DNA of 64,000 bases from an uncultured Pelagibacteraceae bacterium (GCA_902567685.1 CACFNH010000004.1:3563-67562), one strand, 5' to 3'; positions 1 to 10,137 are shown, counted from the stretch's first letter. Notes: a model not told the origin generated them from the sequence alone. Program-made: numbers and translations.

Positions 1-1
1 A

Positions 2-577
2 CATATAAATATAGTAATGGGATTGGTTGAAACAATAGTTGGTTTGGTACCAGCTGGAGGAGGTTGTAAAGAAATGTTATGGAGATGGTCCCAAACAAAT
101 GAAGGAAAAAAAGATCCAGACTTTGCTCCTTTAAAACTTTTTGAAATTATAGGTTTTGCAAAAACAGCAACATCTCCGGTAGAAGCAGAACCATTAATGC
201 TTCTTAATAAACATGATAAAAAAGTAATGAATAGAAACAATTTATTAAAAGAGTCCAAAATTTTGTTAGAAAAAAACAAAAATTTCACACCTCCTGAAGA
301 ATGCAAATTCAAATTGTCAGGAAAACAAGTAAGGGACAAAATGTATAAATCTCTTGAAAAGTTATACAAGGATAAAAAAATATTGGATCATGGTCTAGAA
401 GTAGGTAAAGAATTAGCATATGTTTTGAGCGGAGGAGATACTGATTTAAACAAAGAATTAAATGAAGATAATCTTTTTTCTTTAGAACTAAATGCTTTTA
501 TGAAATTAATACAAACAGAAAAGACACAAGAACGTATTAAACACACATTAGCAACTGGAAAACCATTGGTGAACTGA
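2..577 (+). CDS. 3-hydroxyacyl-CoA dehydrogenase/enoyl-CoA hydratase (FadN-like), C-terminal part; gene starts before the window
   Basis: Frame is open from the window edge; GLVETIVGLVPAGGGCKEM motif and C-terminal RIKHTLATGKPLVN typical of FadN-type proteins. Confidence 0.85.
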   Translation, partial: HINIVMGLVETIVGLVPAGGGCKEMLWRWSQTNEGKKDPDFAPLKLFEIIGFAKTATSPVEAEPLMLLNKHDKKVMNRNNLLKESKILLEKNKNFTPPEECKFKLSGKQVRDKMYKSLEKLYKDKKILDHGLEVGKELAYVLSGGDTDLNKELNEDNLFSLELNAFMKLIQTEKTQERIKHTLATGKPLVN

Positions 578-579
578 TA

Positions 580-2340
580 ATGACGACTTATACTGCGCCT
601 ATTGAAGAAATGATGTTTTTGTTCGATAATTTAAGAGATAACAAAAATTATAACCAACTTGAAAAATATAAAGAAATTAATTCAGATTTAGTTAAAGATA
701 TTTTAGAACAGGCAGCAAAAATTAATCAAGAAATTATCTTACCTCTTGCAAAAATAGGAGACGAGAGTCCTTGCGTTTATGAAAATGGAATAGTTAGATC
801 TCCCCCAGGATACAAAGAAGCTTATAAAAAATTTATAGAGGATGGTTGGACATCTTTATCTTGTGATCCAAAATATGGTGGTCAAGGAGTCCCAAAAACT
901 GTAAGCACCTTTTTTGAAGAAATGTTATCTTCTTCTAGCTTAGCTTTTAAATTGTATAGTGAACTAAGTATAGGAGCTTATAATTGTATACTAAGTCATG
1001 CTGATGATAAAATAAAAGAAAAATTTCTTCCTAAAATTGTTGAAGGTAAATGGAGTGGAACTATGTGTTTAACCGAATCTCAATGTGGAACTGATCTTGG
1101 TTTATTAAAAACTAAAGCAATTAAACAAAAAGATGGTTCTTATAAGATATCAGGTCAAAAAATATTTATCACTTCAGGCGATCATGATTTAACTGAAAAT
1201 ATAATTCATTTAGTTTTAGCAAGGACCCCTGATGCGCCTGCAGGAACTAAGGGAATTAGTTTATTTTTAGTTCCTAAATTAATTGTTAATGATGATGGTT
1301 CGGTGGGCTCTAGAAATGGAGTTAATACTGGATCAATAGAGTCTAAAATGGGAATTAAAGGTTCTCCAACTTGTGTTTTAAATTTTGATAATTCTATAGG
1401 ATATATGATAGGTGCTGAGAATAAGGGTTTAAATTCTATGTTTACTATGATGAACCTAGAAAGAATAGTAGTTGGAATTCAAGGTCTTGGAATTTCAGAA
1501 ACAGCTTATCAAAATGCTTTGGCTTACGCAAAAGAGAGAAAACAAGGAAAGGCAAATAATAATAAGACCAACGAAACTGATTTTATAATAAAACATGCAG
1601 ACATAAGAAGAAGCCTGATGAATATGAGATCTATTATAGAGGGGGAAAGGGGCCTTGCTTTTTGGCTATCACAACAAGTAGATGTTAGCTTAAACCATTC
1701 AGACGAAAAAATAAAAAAATCAGCTGCCGATATAGTTTCATTAATGACTCCTGTAATTAAATCTTTTTTTACTGATATGGGAATGGAAATAACAAATGAA
1801 ACAATTCAAATATTTGGAGGATACGGTTATACGAAAGATCAAGGAATTGAACAGTTATTTAGAGATAATAGAATAACACCGATTTATGAAGGAACAAATT
1901 CAGTTCAAGCAATAGATTTAGTCTATAGAAAGATTTTAAACAGCAAAATTTTAGAAGAATATATTTCACAAATTGATGAGGAAATTAAAAATTGTAAAGA
2001 TAATAAAGATTTAGATTTATTTTTGGAAAGAGTTTTAAAATACAAAGAGATTCTTATAAATTTTACATCTTGGTTAAAAACAAAACAGTCAATATCTAAA
2101 GATGATATAAGCTCAGCTTGCAATGATTATTTAAAAGTTCTCGGATATGTTTCTTTATCATATTCATGGTTAAGAATGTTAAGAGTCAGTTATGAAAAAA
2201 TGAGTACCAATAAGTCTTTTTTTGAAGAAAAAATTAATACTGGAAAATATTATTTTGATAAAATTCTGCCTAGAGCTGAGAGTCATTATATTGCTGGCAT
2301 AACTGGAAGCGAATCTACAATGAAAGCAAATTTTAATTAA
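580..2340 (+). CDS. dmdC: Acyl-CoA dehydrogenase, probable 3-methylmercaptopropionyl-CoA dehydrogenase
   Basis: GTMCLTES, GQKIFITSGDHDL, KMGIKGSPT, GGYGY, IYEGTN motifs; clustered with dmdB/dmdA. Confidence 0.85.
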   Translation: MTTYTAPIEEMMFLFDNLRDNKNYNQLEKYKEINSDLVKDILEQAAKINQEIILPLAKIGDESPCVYENGIVRSPPGYKEAYKKFIEDGWTSLSCDPKYGGQGVPKTVSTFFEEMLSSSSLAFKLYSELSIGAYNCILSHADDKIKEKFLPKIVEGKWSGTMCLTESQCGTDLGLLKTKAIKQKDGSYKISGQKIFITSGDHDLTENIIHLVLARTPDAPAGTKGISLFLVPKLIVNDDGSVGSRNGVNTGSIESKMGIKGSPTCVLNFDNSIGYMIGAENKGLNSMFTMMNLERIVVGIQGLGISETAYQNALAYAKERKQGKANNNKTNETDFIIKHADIRRSLMNMRSIIEGERGLAFWLSQQVDVSLNHSDEKIKKSAADIVSLMTPVIKSFFTDMGMEITNETIQIFGGYGYTKDQGIEQLFRDNRITPIYEGTNSVQAIDLVYRKILNSKILEEYISQIDEEIKNCKDNKDLDLFLERVLKYKEILINFTSWLKTKQSISKDDISSACNDYLKVLGYVSLSYSWLRMLRVSYEKMSTNKSFFEEKINTGKYYFDKILPRAESHYIAGITGSESTMKANFN

Positions 2341-3969
2341 ATGAGTAATTACGATAAAAATCTTGAAAAAAATAATGCAAATTATGTAGCACTTACACCT
2401 CTTTCTTTTTTAGAAAGAACTAAAGATATCTATCCAAACTATGAAGCAATAATATATGAGAGTAGAAAATATACTTGGAAAGATGTTTACAATAGATGTG
2501 TAAAATTTGCTAGCGCTTTAGATAAAATTGGAATTAAAACTGGTGATACCGTTTCTATAATGGCATTTAATACTCCAGAAATATTTGAAGCTCACTATTC
2601 AATTCCAATGGCTGGAGCTGTAATAAATGCAATAAATACTAGATTAGACTCAAATACGATAAGTTATATTTTAAACCATAGTGATGCAAAAGTTTTAATA
2701 GTGGACAGACAATTTCACGAAATTATTAATAAGGCTTTAAAAAATGTAAAAAATAAAATTACTATAATAGATATAAATGATAAAGATGTAGATAATTCAA
2801 AATTCAAACAAATAGGTAAACTTGAGTACGAAAGTTTTTTAAACACTGGAGATATTAATTTTAAATGGAAAAAGCCAACTGATGAATGGCAAGCTATTTC
2901 ACTAGGCTATACATCCGGAACTACAGGGAATCCTAAAGGAGTAGTTTATCACCACAGAGGTTCTTATTTAATGGCCACAGGAAGCATAACTGCATGGAAC
3001 ATGCCAAATAAATTAAATTTTCTATATACTGTTCCAATGTTTCATTGCAATGGTTGGTGTTATCCTTGGACATTAGCAATGTTGCATGCCCGTATAGTCT
3101 GTCTCAGAAATATAGATGTCAAAAAAATTTTTGAATTAATAGATAAATATGACGTTACTCATTTTGGGGGTGCTCCAATAGTTTTAAATATGCTTGCTAA
3201 TGCTCCAAAAGAAGATCAGAAAAAATTAAAAAGAAAAGTAAATGTTTTAACTGCGGGGGCTCCTCCACCAAGTATTATTTTTGAAAAAATGGATTCTTTA
3301 GGTTTTGATGTTATGCATGTTTATGGTTTAACAGAAACTTACGGACATATACTGCAATGTGCTTGGAATGAAGAATGGAATAATTTAGAAAAAAATGTAA
3401 AAAATGAAATTAAAGCTAGACAAGGTGTTAGATATCCAAATACAGAAGAAACTGTTGTAATGGATCCTAAAACAATGAGTCCTGTTCCAAAAGATGGAAA
3501 AACAATGGGAGAAATCATGATTAGAGGAAATGTAGTAATGAAAGGTTACTACAAAGATAAAGATGCTACTGAAAAAGCTATGGCCAATGGTTGGTTCCAT
3601 TCAGGAGATTTGGCTGTAACACATCCTAACGGGTATATAAAGATTCAAGATAGATCTAAAGATATAATAATTTCAGGTGGAGAAAATATTTCTTCAATAG
3701 AGATAGAAAACACAATCACAAAACACCCTTCAGTATCTTTAGCTGCCGTAGTTGCTAAACCTGACGAAAAGTGGGGAGAAACACCTTGTGCATTTGTTGA
3801 GTTAATAAAAAACAAAACGGCTACTGAAAAGGAAATTATAGATTTTTGTAGAAAAACTTTAGCAGGATTTAAATTGCCTAAAAAAGTAATTTTTTCTGAT
3901 TTACCAAAAACCTCAACAGGAAAAATTCAGAAATTTGAACTTAGAAAAAAAGCTAAAGAGCTAAATTAA
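2341..3969 (+). CDS. dmdB: Acyl-CoA synthetase, probable 3-methylmercaptopropionate-CoA ligase
   Basis: YTSGTTGNPKG AMP-binding loop, YGLTETYG, PMFHCNGW, LPKTSTGKIQK; dmd cluster context. Confidence 0.85.
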   Translation: MSNYDKNLEKNNANYVALTPLSFLERTKDIYPNYEAIIYESRKYTWKDVYNRCVKFASALDKIGIKTGDTVSIMAFNTPEIFEAHYSIPMAGAVINAINTRLDSNTISYILNHSDAKVLIVDRQFHEIINKALKNVKNKITIIDINDKDVDNSKFKQIGKLEYESFLNTGDINFKWKKPTDEWQAISLGYTSGTTGNPKGVVYHHRGSYLMATGSITAWNMPNKLNFLYTVPMFHCNGWCYPWTLAMLHARIVCLRNIDVKKIFELIDKYDVTHFGGAPIVLNMLANAPKEDQKKLKRKVNVLTAGAPPPSIIFEKMDSLGFDVMHVYGLTETYGHILQCAWNEEWNNLEKNVKNEIKARQGVRYPNTEETVVMDPKTMSPVPKDGKTMGEIMIRGNVVMKGYYKDKDATEKAMANGWFHSGDLAVTHPNGYIKIQDRSKDIIISGGENISSIEIENTITKHPSVSLAAVVAKPDEKWGETPCAFVELIKNKTATEKEIIDFCRKTLAGFKLPKKVIFSDLPKTSTGKIQKFELRKKAKELN

Positions 3970-3977
3970 TTTTTAAA

Positions 3978-4427
3978 ATGTCCAAAATATCAATTGATCT
4001 AATTTGGAAACTTGATGATGGAAAAATGTCTCCAGGAAAATATTCTAATCAACATGAAATAGTTTTTACCCCTAATATAAAAATTAAAGCTGATTCAGCT
4101 CCAGATTGGAAAGGAAGTGAATTAAATAGCAATCCTGAGCAAACTTTAGCTGCTTCTTTAAGTAGCTGTCACATGATGACATTTTTAGCATTAGCTGCAA
4201 AAATGGGTTGGCCAGTAAAAAGTTATAAAGACAATGCTGTAGCTACACTTGGAAAAAATTCAAAAGGTCAAATTTCAGTAATTAAAATAGAACTAAACCC
4301 AAAAGTAGAATTTACTGATGGATTTCACGTTGAACCTGTTGAAATGGCAAAAATTCAAGATAGAGCTCATAGATATTGTTTTATTGCCAATTCGCTTTCT
4401 AGTGAGGTTAAAGTTTTAATAAATTAA
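3978..4427 (+). CDS. OsmC/Ohr family protein
   Basis: NPEQ..ASLSSCHM and AHRYCFIANS two-Cys motifs. Confidence 0.9.
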   Translation: MSKISIDLIWKLDDGKMSPGKYSNQHEIVFTPNIKIKADSAPDWKGSELNSNPEQTLAASLSSCHMMTFLALAAKMGWPVKSYKDNAVATLGKNSKGQISVIKIELNPKVEFTDGFHVEPVEMAKIQDRAHRYCFIANSLSSEVKVLIN

Positions 4428-4432
4428 ATTAT

Positions 4433-5242
4433 ATGAGTTTTAAAAGAAATAATAGCATATTAAAAAACACACTTAGTAAAGAAGGAGTTATGCGTTTAAT
4501 TTTAAATAACCCAAATAGTCACAATGTTTTGTCTGAAGTGATGATGGAAAATATACAAATATCTTTAGATGAAGCGAAAAATGATAATAAAACAAGAGTA
4601 ATTATCATCTCTGCTGAGGGACCTACATTTTCAGCTGGTCACGATTTAAAAGAATTAAAGTCTGCTCGTCAAAATTCAGATAAAGGAAAAAAATATTTTA
4701 AAAAGATAATGCAGAAGTGTTCAAAAATGATGCAATCTATAGTTAAAAATCCAAAACCTATTATTGCAGAAGTATCAGGTGTTGCAACAGCAGCTGGCTG
4801 TCAACTGGTTGCAAGCTGCGATTTAGCTTACGCAGGACCTTCGGCTAAATTTGCTACACCTGGTGTTAATATTGGTCTATTTTGTTCTACACCAATGGTG
4901 GCTTTATCCAGAAATATATCAAATAAACATTCTATGGAAATGCTTTTGACTGGCGATCTAATCTCATCTGATAAAGCTGTTAAAATTGGACTAATTAACG
5001 AAATGGTTACCGAAGATGTTCTTCAAAATTTTGTTTTGGAAAAAGCATTAAAAATATCTAAAAAATCATCTATGACTTTAAAAATCGGAAAAGAAGCTTT
5101 TTATAATCAAATAGATATGACTTTATCAGAAGCTTATGATTATGCTTCTAATGTTATGGTTGAAAATATGCTTAGATTTGATGCAGATGAGGGAATAGAT
5201 GCATTTATAACAAAACGTAAACCTAAATGGCAAGACAAGTAG
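4433..5242 (+). CDS. Enoyl-CoA hydratase/isomerase family protein
   Basis: FSAGHDLKE, AAGCQLVASCD, FATPGVNIG crotonase motifs. Confidence 0.9.
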   Translation: MSFKRNNSILKNTLSKEGVMRLILNNPNSHNVLSEVMMENIQISLDEAKNDNKTRVIIISAEGPTFSAGHDLKELKSARQNSDKGKKYFKKIMQKCSKMMQSIVKNPKPIIAEVSGVATAAGCQLVASCDLAYAGPSAKFATPGVNIGLFCSTPMVALSRNISNKHSMEMLLTGDLISSDKAVKIGLINEMVTEDVLQNFVLEKALKISKKSSMTLKIGKEAFYNQIDMTLSEAYDYASNVMVENMLRFDADEGIDAFITKRKPKWQDK

Positions 5243-5277
5243 ATTTTGTCAATGAAAAATATATCTAAGGAAACTAA

Positions 5278-6054
5278 TTGATTATAAATATTGACAACAA
5301 AGAAGTCTTCGCCTCTGACTCTGGAAGACCTTTAAATAAAAAAAAACATACTATTATACTTATTCATGGTAGTGGTCTTTCTCATATAGTTTGGTCTTTA
5401 ACTGAACAATATTTATCAAATCAAGATTACAACGTTTTAGCATTAGATTTACCAGGCCACGGAAACTCTAAAGGTGACTGTTTAAGCTCCATAGAAGATA
5501 TAGCCGAATGGTTAGAAAAAATAATTAACAAAATTGAAATAGATGATTTTTCAATCTTAGGACATTCACAAGGATGCCTGATAGCATTGGAGTATGCTTT
5601 TAAATATCCTGAAAAAGCAAAAAATTTAATTTTTATTGGTGGATCTTATAAAATCCCGGTTAATCAAGATCTTATTGACTTAGCAAAAGGCGGAAGCATG
5701 AAAGCTATTAATTTAATGATGAAGTGGGGATATGGAGATTCGAAAAGATTTATAGGCGGCAACCCCGTACAAAAAATAATAAATTCATCTAGAGAAGTAA
5801 GTGATATTTTAGCTATTGATTTAATTGCTTGTAACAATTACAAAAATGGAGTCAAGGCTGCAAAAGCAATTAACTGTCCAACTTTATTTATATTTGGTGA
5901 AATTGACAAAATGATTACACTTAATAAGGGAAAGGAATTTTCAGATCTAGTTTCAAATTCTAAAACTCATGTTATAAAAAATTGTGGACACATGATAATG
6001 TTTGAAAATGCTTTTGAAATGAGGGAAAAAATTGTTGACTTTTTAAAAAAATGA
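5278..6054 (+). CDS. Alpha/beta fold hydrolase
   Basis: [19 protein letters not shown] nucleophile elbow, C-terminal GH; TTG start after AAGGA. Confidence 0.9.
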   Translation: MIINIDNKEVFASDSGRPLNKKKHTIILIHGSGLSHIVWSLTEQYLSNQDYNVLALDLPGHGNSKGDCLSSIEDIAEWLEKIINKIEIDDFSILGHSQGCLIALEYAFKYPEKAKNLIFIGGSYKIPVNQDLIDLAKGGSMKAINLMMKWGYGDSKRFIGGNPVQKIINSSREVSDILAIDLIACNNYKNGVKAAKAINCPTLFIFGEIDKMITLNKGKEFSDLVSNSKTHVIKNCGHMIMFENAFEMREKIVDFLKK

Positions 6055-7160
6055 AAAAATTTTTTATTACAAAAAATAGAAGGCTAAGAAGCACACCATT
6101 TGCATCTAGATTAGAAAAGCAAGGTTTAAAAAGTTATACTATTTATAATCACATGTTTTTGCCTACAGCTTTTAACTCTTTAGAAGAGGATTACTTTCAT
6201 TTAAGAGAACATGTTCAAATTTGGGATGTCTCAGTGCAAAGGGCAATTGAAATTTCAGGCAAAGATTCATCAAAACTAGTTCAATTAATGACTTGCAGAG
6301 ATCTATCTAAATCAAAAGCAGGCGTTTGTTATTATTCACCTTTAGTAGACTCGAATGGAAATTTAATTAACGATCCACTTATTTATAAATTAAACGAAAA
6401 TAAATGGAGAATATGTATTGCAGACTCAGATGTAATTTTGTTCGCCAAAGGCATATCTTCTGTGCAAAATATGAATGTAGATATTATTGAAGCAAAAATT
6501 GATACATTGGCAGTTCAAGGACCTAAATCTCTAAAATTGATGGAAAAAGTATTTGGAGAAGAAATAAAAGAACTTAAATTTTTTAAATTTGATTTTTATG
6601 AATTTGATGGAATAAAATTTTTAATTTCAAGATCTGGTTATTCAAAACAGAGCGGTTATGAAATTCACGTTGAAAATATAGACTCAGGTTTAAAACTATA
6701 TGATTATTTTTTTAAGATAGGTGAAGAACTTAATGTAAAACCTGGTTCTCCAAATTTAATAGAAAGAATAGAAGGTGGGTTGCTTTCATATGGTAATGAT
6801 ATGGACATAGGAGACAATCCATTTGAATGTGGTTTTGATAAATATATAAACTTAGAATCTGACATAATGTTTTTGGGAAAAGAGAAATTAAAAAAGATTA
6901 AACAAAAGGGTATCAAAAGAAAATTAATGGGTGTAAAAATCGAGGCTAAAGAAATAGATTTAACTGAAGAGATAAAGATGTTTAACAACGAAAATAAAGA
7001 AATAGGCCAACTTAGATCCGCAGGATTTTCTCCAAGATTTAAAAAGATAGTTGGAATAGCAATGGTTCAAAAGGGATTTTGGGCAACTTCCCAAAAATTT
7101 AAAATAAATATTGATGGAAATTATTTTACAGGAGAAATTTGTAGTTTACCAATTTTATAG
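6051..7160 (+). CDS. dmdA: DMSP demethylase (GcvT family), divergent
   Basis: 369 aa; [34 protein letters not shown] match SAR11 DmdA as recalled; dmdBC context. Confidence 0.8.
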   Translation: MKKFFITKNRRLRSTPFASRLEKQGLKSYTIYNHMFLPTAFNSLEEDYFHLREHVQIWDVSVQRAIEISGKDSSKLVQLMTCRDLSKSKAGVCYYSPLVDSNGNLINDPLIYKLNENKWRICIADSDVILFAKGISSVQNMNVDIIEAKIDTLAVQGPKSLKLMEKVFGEEIKELKFFKFDFYEFDGIKFLISRSGYSKQSGYEIHVENIDSGLKLYDYFFKIGEELNVKPGSPNLIERIEGGLLSYGNDMDIGDNPFECGFDKYINLESDIMFLGKEKLKKIKQKGIKRKLMGVKIEAKEIDLTEEIKMFNNENKEIGQLRSAGFSPRFKKIVGIAMVQKGFWATSQKFKINIDGNYFTGEICSLPIL

Positions 7161-7163
7161 ATT

Positions 7164-7448
7164 ATGAAAAAAGCTAAGATTTATATCCCTACAAAAACAG
7201 CCATGCAATCGGGTAGGGGCAAGCTTAAAAAATGGATTTTAGAATTTGAAACAAAAGACCCAACTATAAATCCAATGATGGGTTGGGAGTCCTCAAATGA
7301 TACTATGGGAGAAGTTAAATTAGAATTTCCTAACAAGGAAAAAGCTATAGAGTATGCTAAACAAAACAACATAAATTTTACTATTATTGAACCTAAACCT
7401 AGAAAGTTTGTAATTAAATCCTATGCGGATAATTTTACTAAAAATTAG
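7164..7448 (+). CDS. ETC complex I subunit (NDUFS4-like)
   Basis: KTAMQSG, PMMGWESSND, KSYADNF motifs. Confidence 0.9.
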   Translation: MKKAKIYIPTKTAMQSGRGKLKKWILEFETKDPTINPMMGWESSNDTMGEVKLEFPNKEKAIEYAKQNNINFTIIEPKPRKFVIKSYADNFTKN

Positions 7449-7450
7449 TT

Positions 7451-8452
7451 ATGTGGCGTAGTTTTTTTACTGAAAAAAAATGGTTATTATGGTCGTGGGG
7501 TGGGGCACTTTTTATTTTTTTATCATTACTTTCACAAACCTGGATCGATGTTAAAATTAATGAGTGGTACAAAGGTTTTTATGATTTACTACAAAAAGCA
7601 ACAGAAAGAGATATATCAGAGTTTTATGATGGGCTAATTCTCTTTATGAAATTAGCTATTCCATACGTCATTATTTACACAATAACTAACTATTTTACTC
7701 GACTCTGGGCTTTTAGATGGAGAGAGGCAATGACTTTTTCTTATATGCCATATTGGAGAGCTGTTGATGCCAAAGTTGAGGGTGCTTCACAAAGAATACA
7801 AGAAGACTGTATGAATTTTGCAAAAATTGTTGAAAGTTTAGGCTTACAAGTTGTTAGAGCAATAATGTTATTAATTGCTTTTATACCCATTTTATGGGGC
7901 TTATCTTCTAATGTAGTAATTCCTTTTTTTAAGGATATTAGCGGATCATTGGTTTGGGTTTCTTTGACTGCTAGTTTGGGAGGATTAGTAATTAGCTGGT
8001 TGGTTGGAATAAAATTACCAGGTTTAGAATATAATAATCAAAAAGTTGAAGCTGCTTTCCGTAAAGAATTAGTCTACGGAGAAGATGATAGGGACAATTA
8101 CGTAAGACCGCCTACAATTCTTCAATTATTTACAGGAATAAAATTTAATTACCATAGATTATTTTTACATTATGGTTACTTTGATCTCTGGTTAATAATG
8201 TATAACCAGTCAATGATAATTGTTCCATATGTATTAATGGGCCCTGGATTATTTACTGGAGCTATGACTTTAGGTGTTCTAATTCAAACTTCTAGCGCTT
8301 TTAGAGAAGTACAAGGCAGTTTTTCATTATTCCTTCAAAATTGGACCAGAATTACAGAATTGAGATCTATCTATAAACGTCTAATGGAATTTGAAAGCGC
8401 CATTAACTTTCAAAATAAAAAACGAAAAAAGTTAGCAAAAGCTAAATCTTAA
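7451..8452 (+). CDS. sbmA: SbmA/BacA-like peptide transporter
   Basis: FRWREAM, EGASQRIQED, NQKVEAAFRKELVYGEDD, ELRSIYKRL motifs. Confidence 0.9.
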   Translation: MWRSFFTEKKWLLWSWGGALFIFLSLLSQTWIDVKINEWYKGFYDLLQKATERDISEFYDGLILFMKLAIPYVIIYTITNYFTRLWAFRWREAMTFSYMPYWRAVDAKVEGASQRIQEDCMNFAKIVESLGLQVVRAIMLLIAFIPILWGLSSNVVIPFFKDISGSLVWVSLTASLGGLVISWLVGIKLPGLEYNNQKVEAAFRKELVYGEDDRDNYVRPPTILQLFTGIKFNYHRLFLHYGYFDLWLIMYNQSMIIVPYVLMGPGLFTGAMTLGVLIQTSSAFREVQGSFSLFLQNWTRITELRSIYKRLMEFESAINFQNKKRKKLAKAKS

Positions 8453-9351
8453 TGGAACTATATATAAAGCTTTTTGAAGTACTCTTTCCTGTATTCTTTA
8501 TTGTGGGTATTGGTTATTTTCTAGGTAAAAAAAGTCCAAAAATAGATACAAAATTCATTACTAATTATTCGGCAAATTTTGGTACCCCAGCATTGATTAT
8601 TTTTGGAGTTATGTCTTCAGGTGTTACGTACTCCATGTTTGCAAATTATTTTATCTACTGGTTAATAGCTATGTTTGTTTTTGGAGCGGTTGGAATTATA
8701 TTCTTAATTTTAATGAAAAAAGATTATTTCATGGAATTACCTCCATTTATTCTACCAAATACAGGAAATATGGGAATTCCAATTTGTCTTTTTGCTTATG
8801 GAGTATCTGGTATGGGTATTGCTGCTGCTATCTCAGCTGTAATTGTCCTTTTACACTTTACCCTAAATATATTTTTGGCTAGCAAAAAATTTGATGTTAT
8901 GATTATTGCAAAAAGTCCTTCGTTTTATGCAATCTTAATTACAGTTATTTTTTTATATTTTGATATAGGGGCACCTACATTTGTCTTAAATACAGTTATG
9001 CTTTTAGGTTATGCTATGATTGTACTTATACTGATGTCTTTAGGTATAGCCCTTACTCAATTAAAGGTTTTCTCATTAAAACATTCGATAATCTCTTCAA
9101 TTGGAAGAGTAATTATTGGTCCTATTGTAGGCTTTATTATTATAAAGCTATTTAATCTAACCGGATACGCTGCTGGCGTTTTACTGATCCAATCATCTAT
9201 GCCTAGTGCTATTTTGACTTATTTAATAGCTTCAATGTATTCACCAAAGAAGGTTATAGATAGTATTGCTAGTACTGTTGTAGTTTCTACTCTCATGTCT
9301 ATAATAACAGTTCCTATAACTGTTTTTATTGCCCTCAAGTACTTTGCTTAA
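8452..9351 (+). CDS. AEC (auxin efflux carrier) family transporter
   Basis: PNTGNMGIP and SSMPSA motifs, about 10 hydrophobic segments. Confidence 0.85.
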   Translation: MELYIKLFEVLFPVFFIVGIGYFLGKKSPKIDTKFITNYSANFGTPALIIFGVMSSGVTYSMFANYFIYWLIAMFVFGAVGIIFLILMKKDYFMELPPFILPNTGNMGIPICLFAYGVSGMGIAAAISAVIVLLHFTLNIFLASKKFDVMIIAKSPSFYAILITVIFLYFDIGAPTFVLNTVMLLGYAMIVLILMSLGIALTQLKVFSLKHSIISSIGRVIIGPIVGFIIIKLFNLTGYAAGVLLIQSSMPSAILTYLIASMYSPKKVIDSIASTVVVSTLMSIITVPITVFIALKYFA

Positions 9352-9723
9352 ATAGAGAAGAGAATAGGGCTGAGTAATAGTTAATAATAAACTTTAATAA
9401 TAAGCTCTATATTATTGTTTTTATTAGATTATTTTTATTATCTAAAGAATTTTTTCACACATAAAACATTTATTAACAAATTATTGCTAGAAACTAATAG
9501 TATCAATGAAAATAGATCAAAAAAAAGCAATAAAATCAATAAAACTAGACCGATCTATAACCCATTAATGGCAATACTTTTAGAGCATTGCAGTATAGGA
9601 ATATAGCGTTTAAACGGCCGTAGATAGGGTTCTTTTAAGCGAGCATGCTAAGTAGGCACAACTAGAAGGGGAATGAGTGAATAAACCACAACATATTGTT
9701 AATATAAGCTATAATCGTTAGTA

Positions 9724-10137
9724 TTATTGATTTTTTTGACTATTTTTGTTGTATTTTCCATGACTTTTAGCGCCTTTGTTGGGCCCTACAAAAATCAATG
9801 TCCAAGCAGGTTTTTCATCATTTAGTTTGAGGCTATGCCTGTCTTCTGCTTTTTTAAAGCCTATATAACCTGGTTTTCTTGAATAAGAGCCCTTTTTAGT
9901 AGTTTCGACATAACCTCCAGCTAGAATCACTGTTATATATGACCAATAATGGTCATGGAGGTCTCCTAAATCACTTTTTAATATTTTATGTATAAAAATA
10001 TTAAATGGAAACCATTTAGGCCTTTTTCTAAACAACGGATAGTATCTAATCATGAAAGGTTCTGCTTTATCGTAGTCAGGCCAACTAGGTCCTCGGTCCA
10101 TAATAACTCTTTTACGATCTTTAAAAAACATTTTCAT
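9724..10137 (-). CDS. Cupin-fold hypothetical protein of a type common in phages
   Basis: FNIFIHKILKSD..LHDHYW..ILAGGYVE..H..AWTLIFVGP. Confidence 0.7.
   Translation of the reverse strand: MKMFFKDRKRVIMDRGPSWPDYDKAEPFMIRYYPLFRKRPKWFPFNIFIHKILKSDLGDLHDHYWSYITVILAGGYVETTKKGSYSRKPGYIGFKKAEDRHSLKLNDEKPAWTLIFVGPNKGAKSHGKYNKNSQKNQ

Noticed and set aside
9415-9606. 63-aa ORF in the long intergenic region
   Set aside because: TTG start with no RBS, no recognisable motif, composition like AT-rich non-coding DNA
9352-9723. tmRNA, RNase P, SRP or 6S RNA in the long intergenic region
   Set aside because: None of their signature sequences is recognisable on either strand
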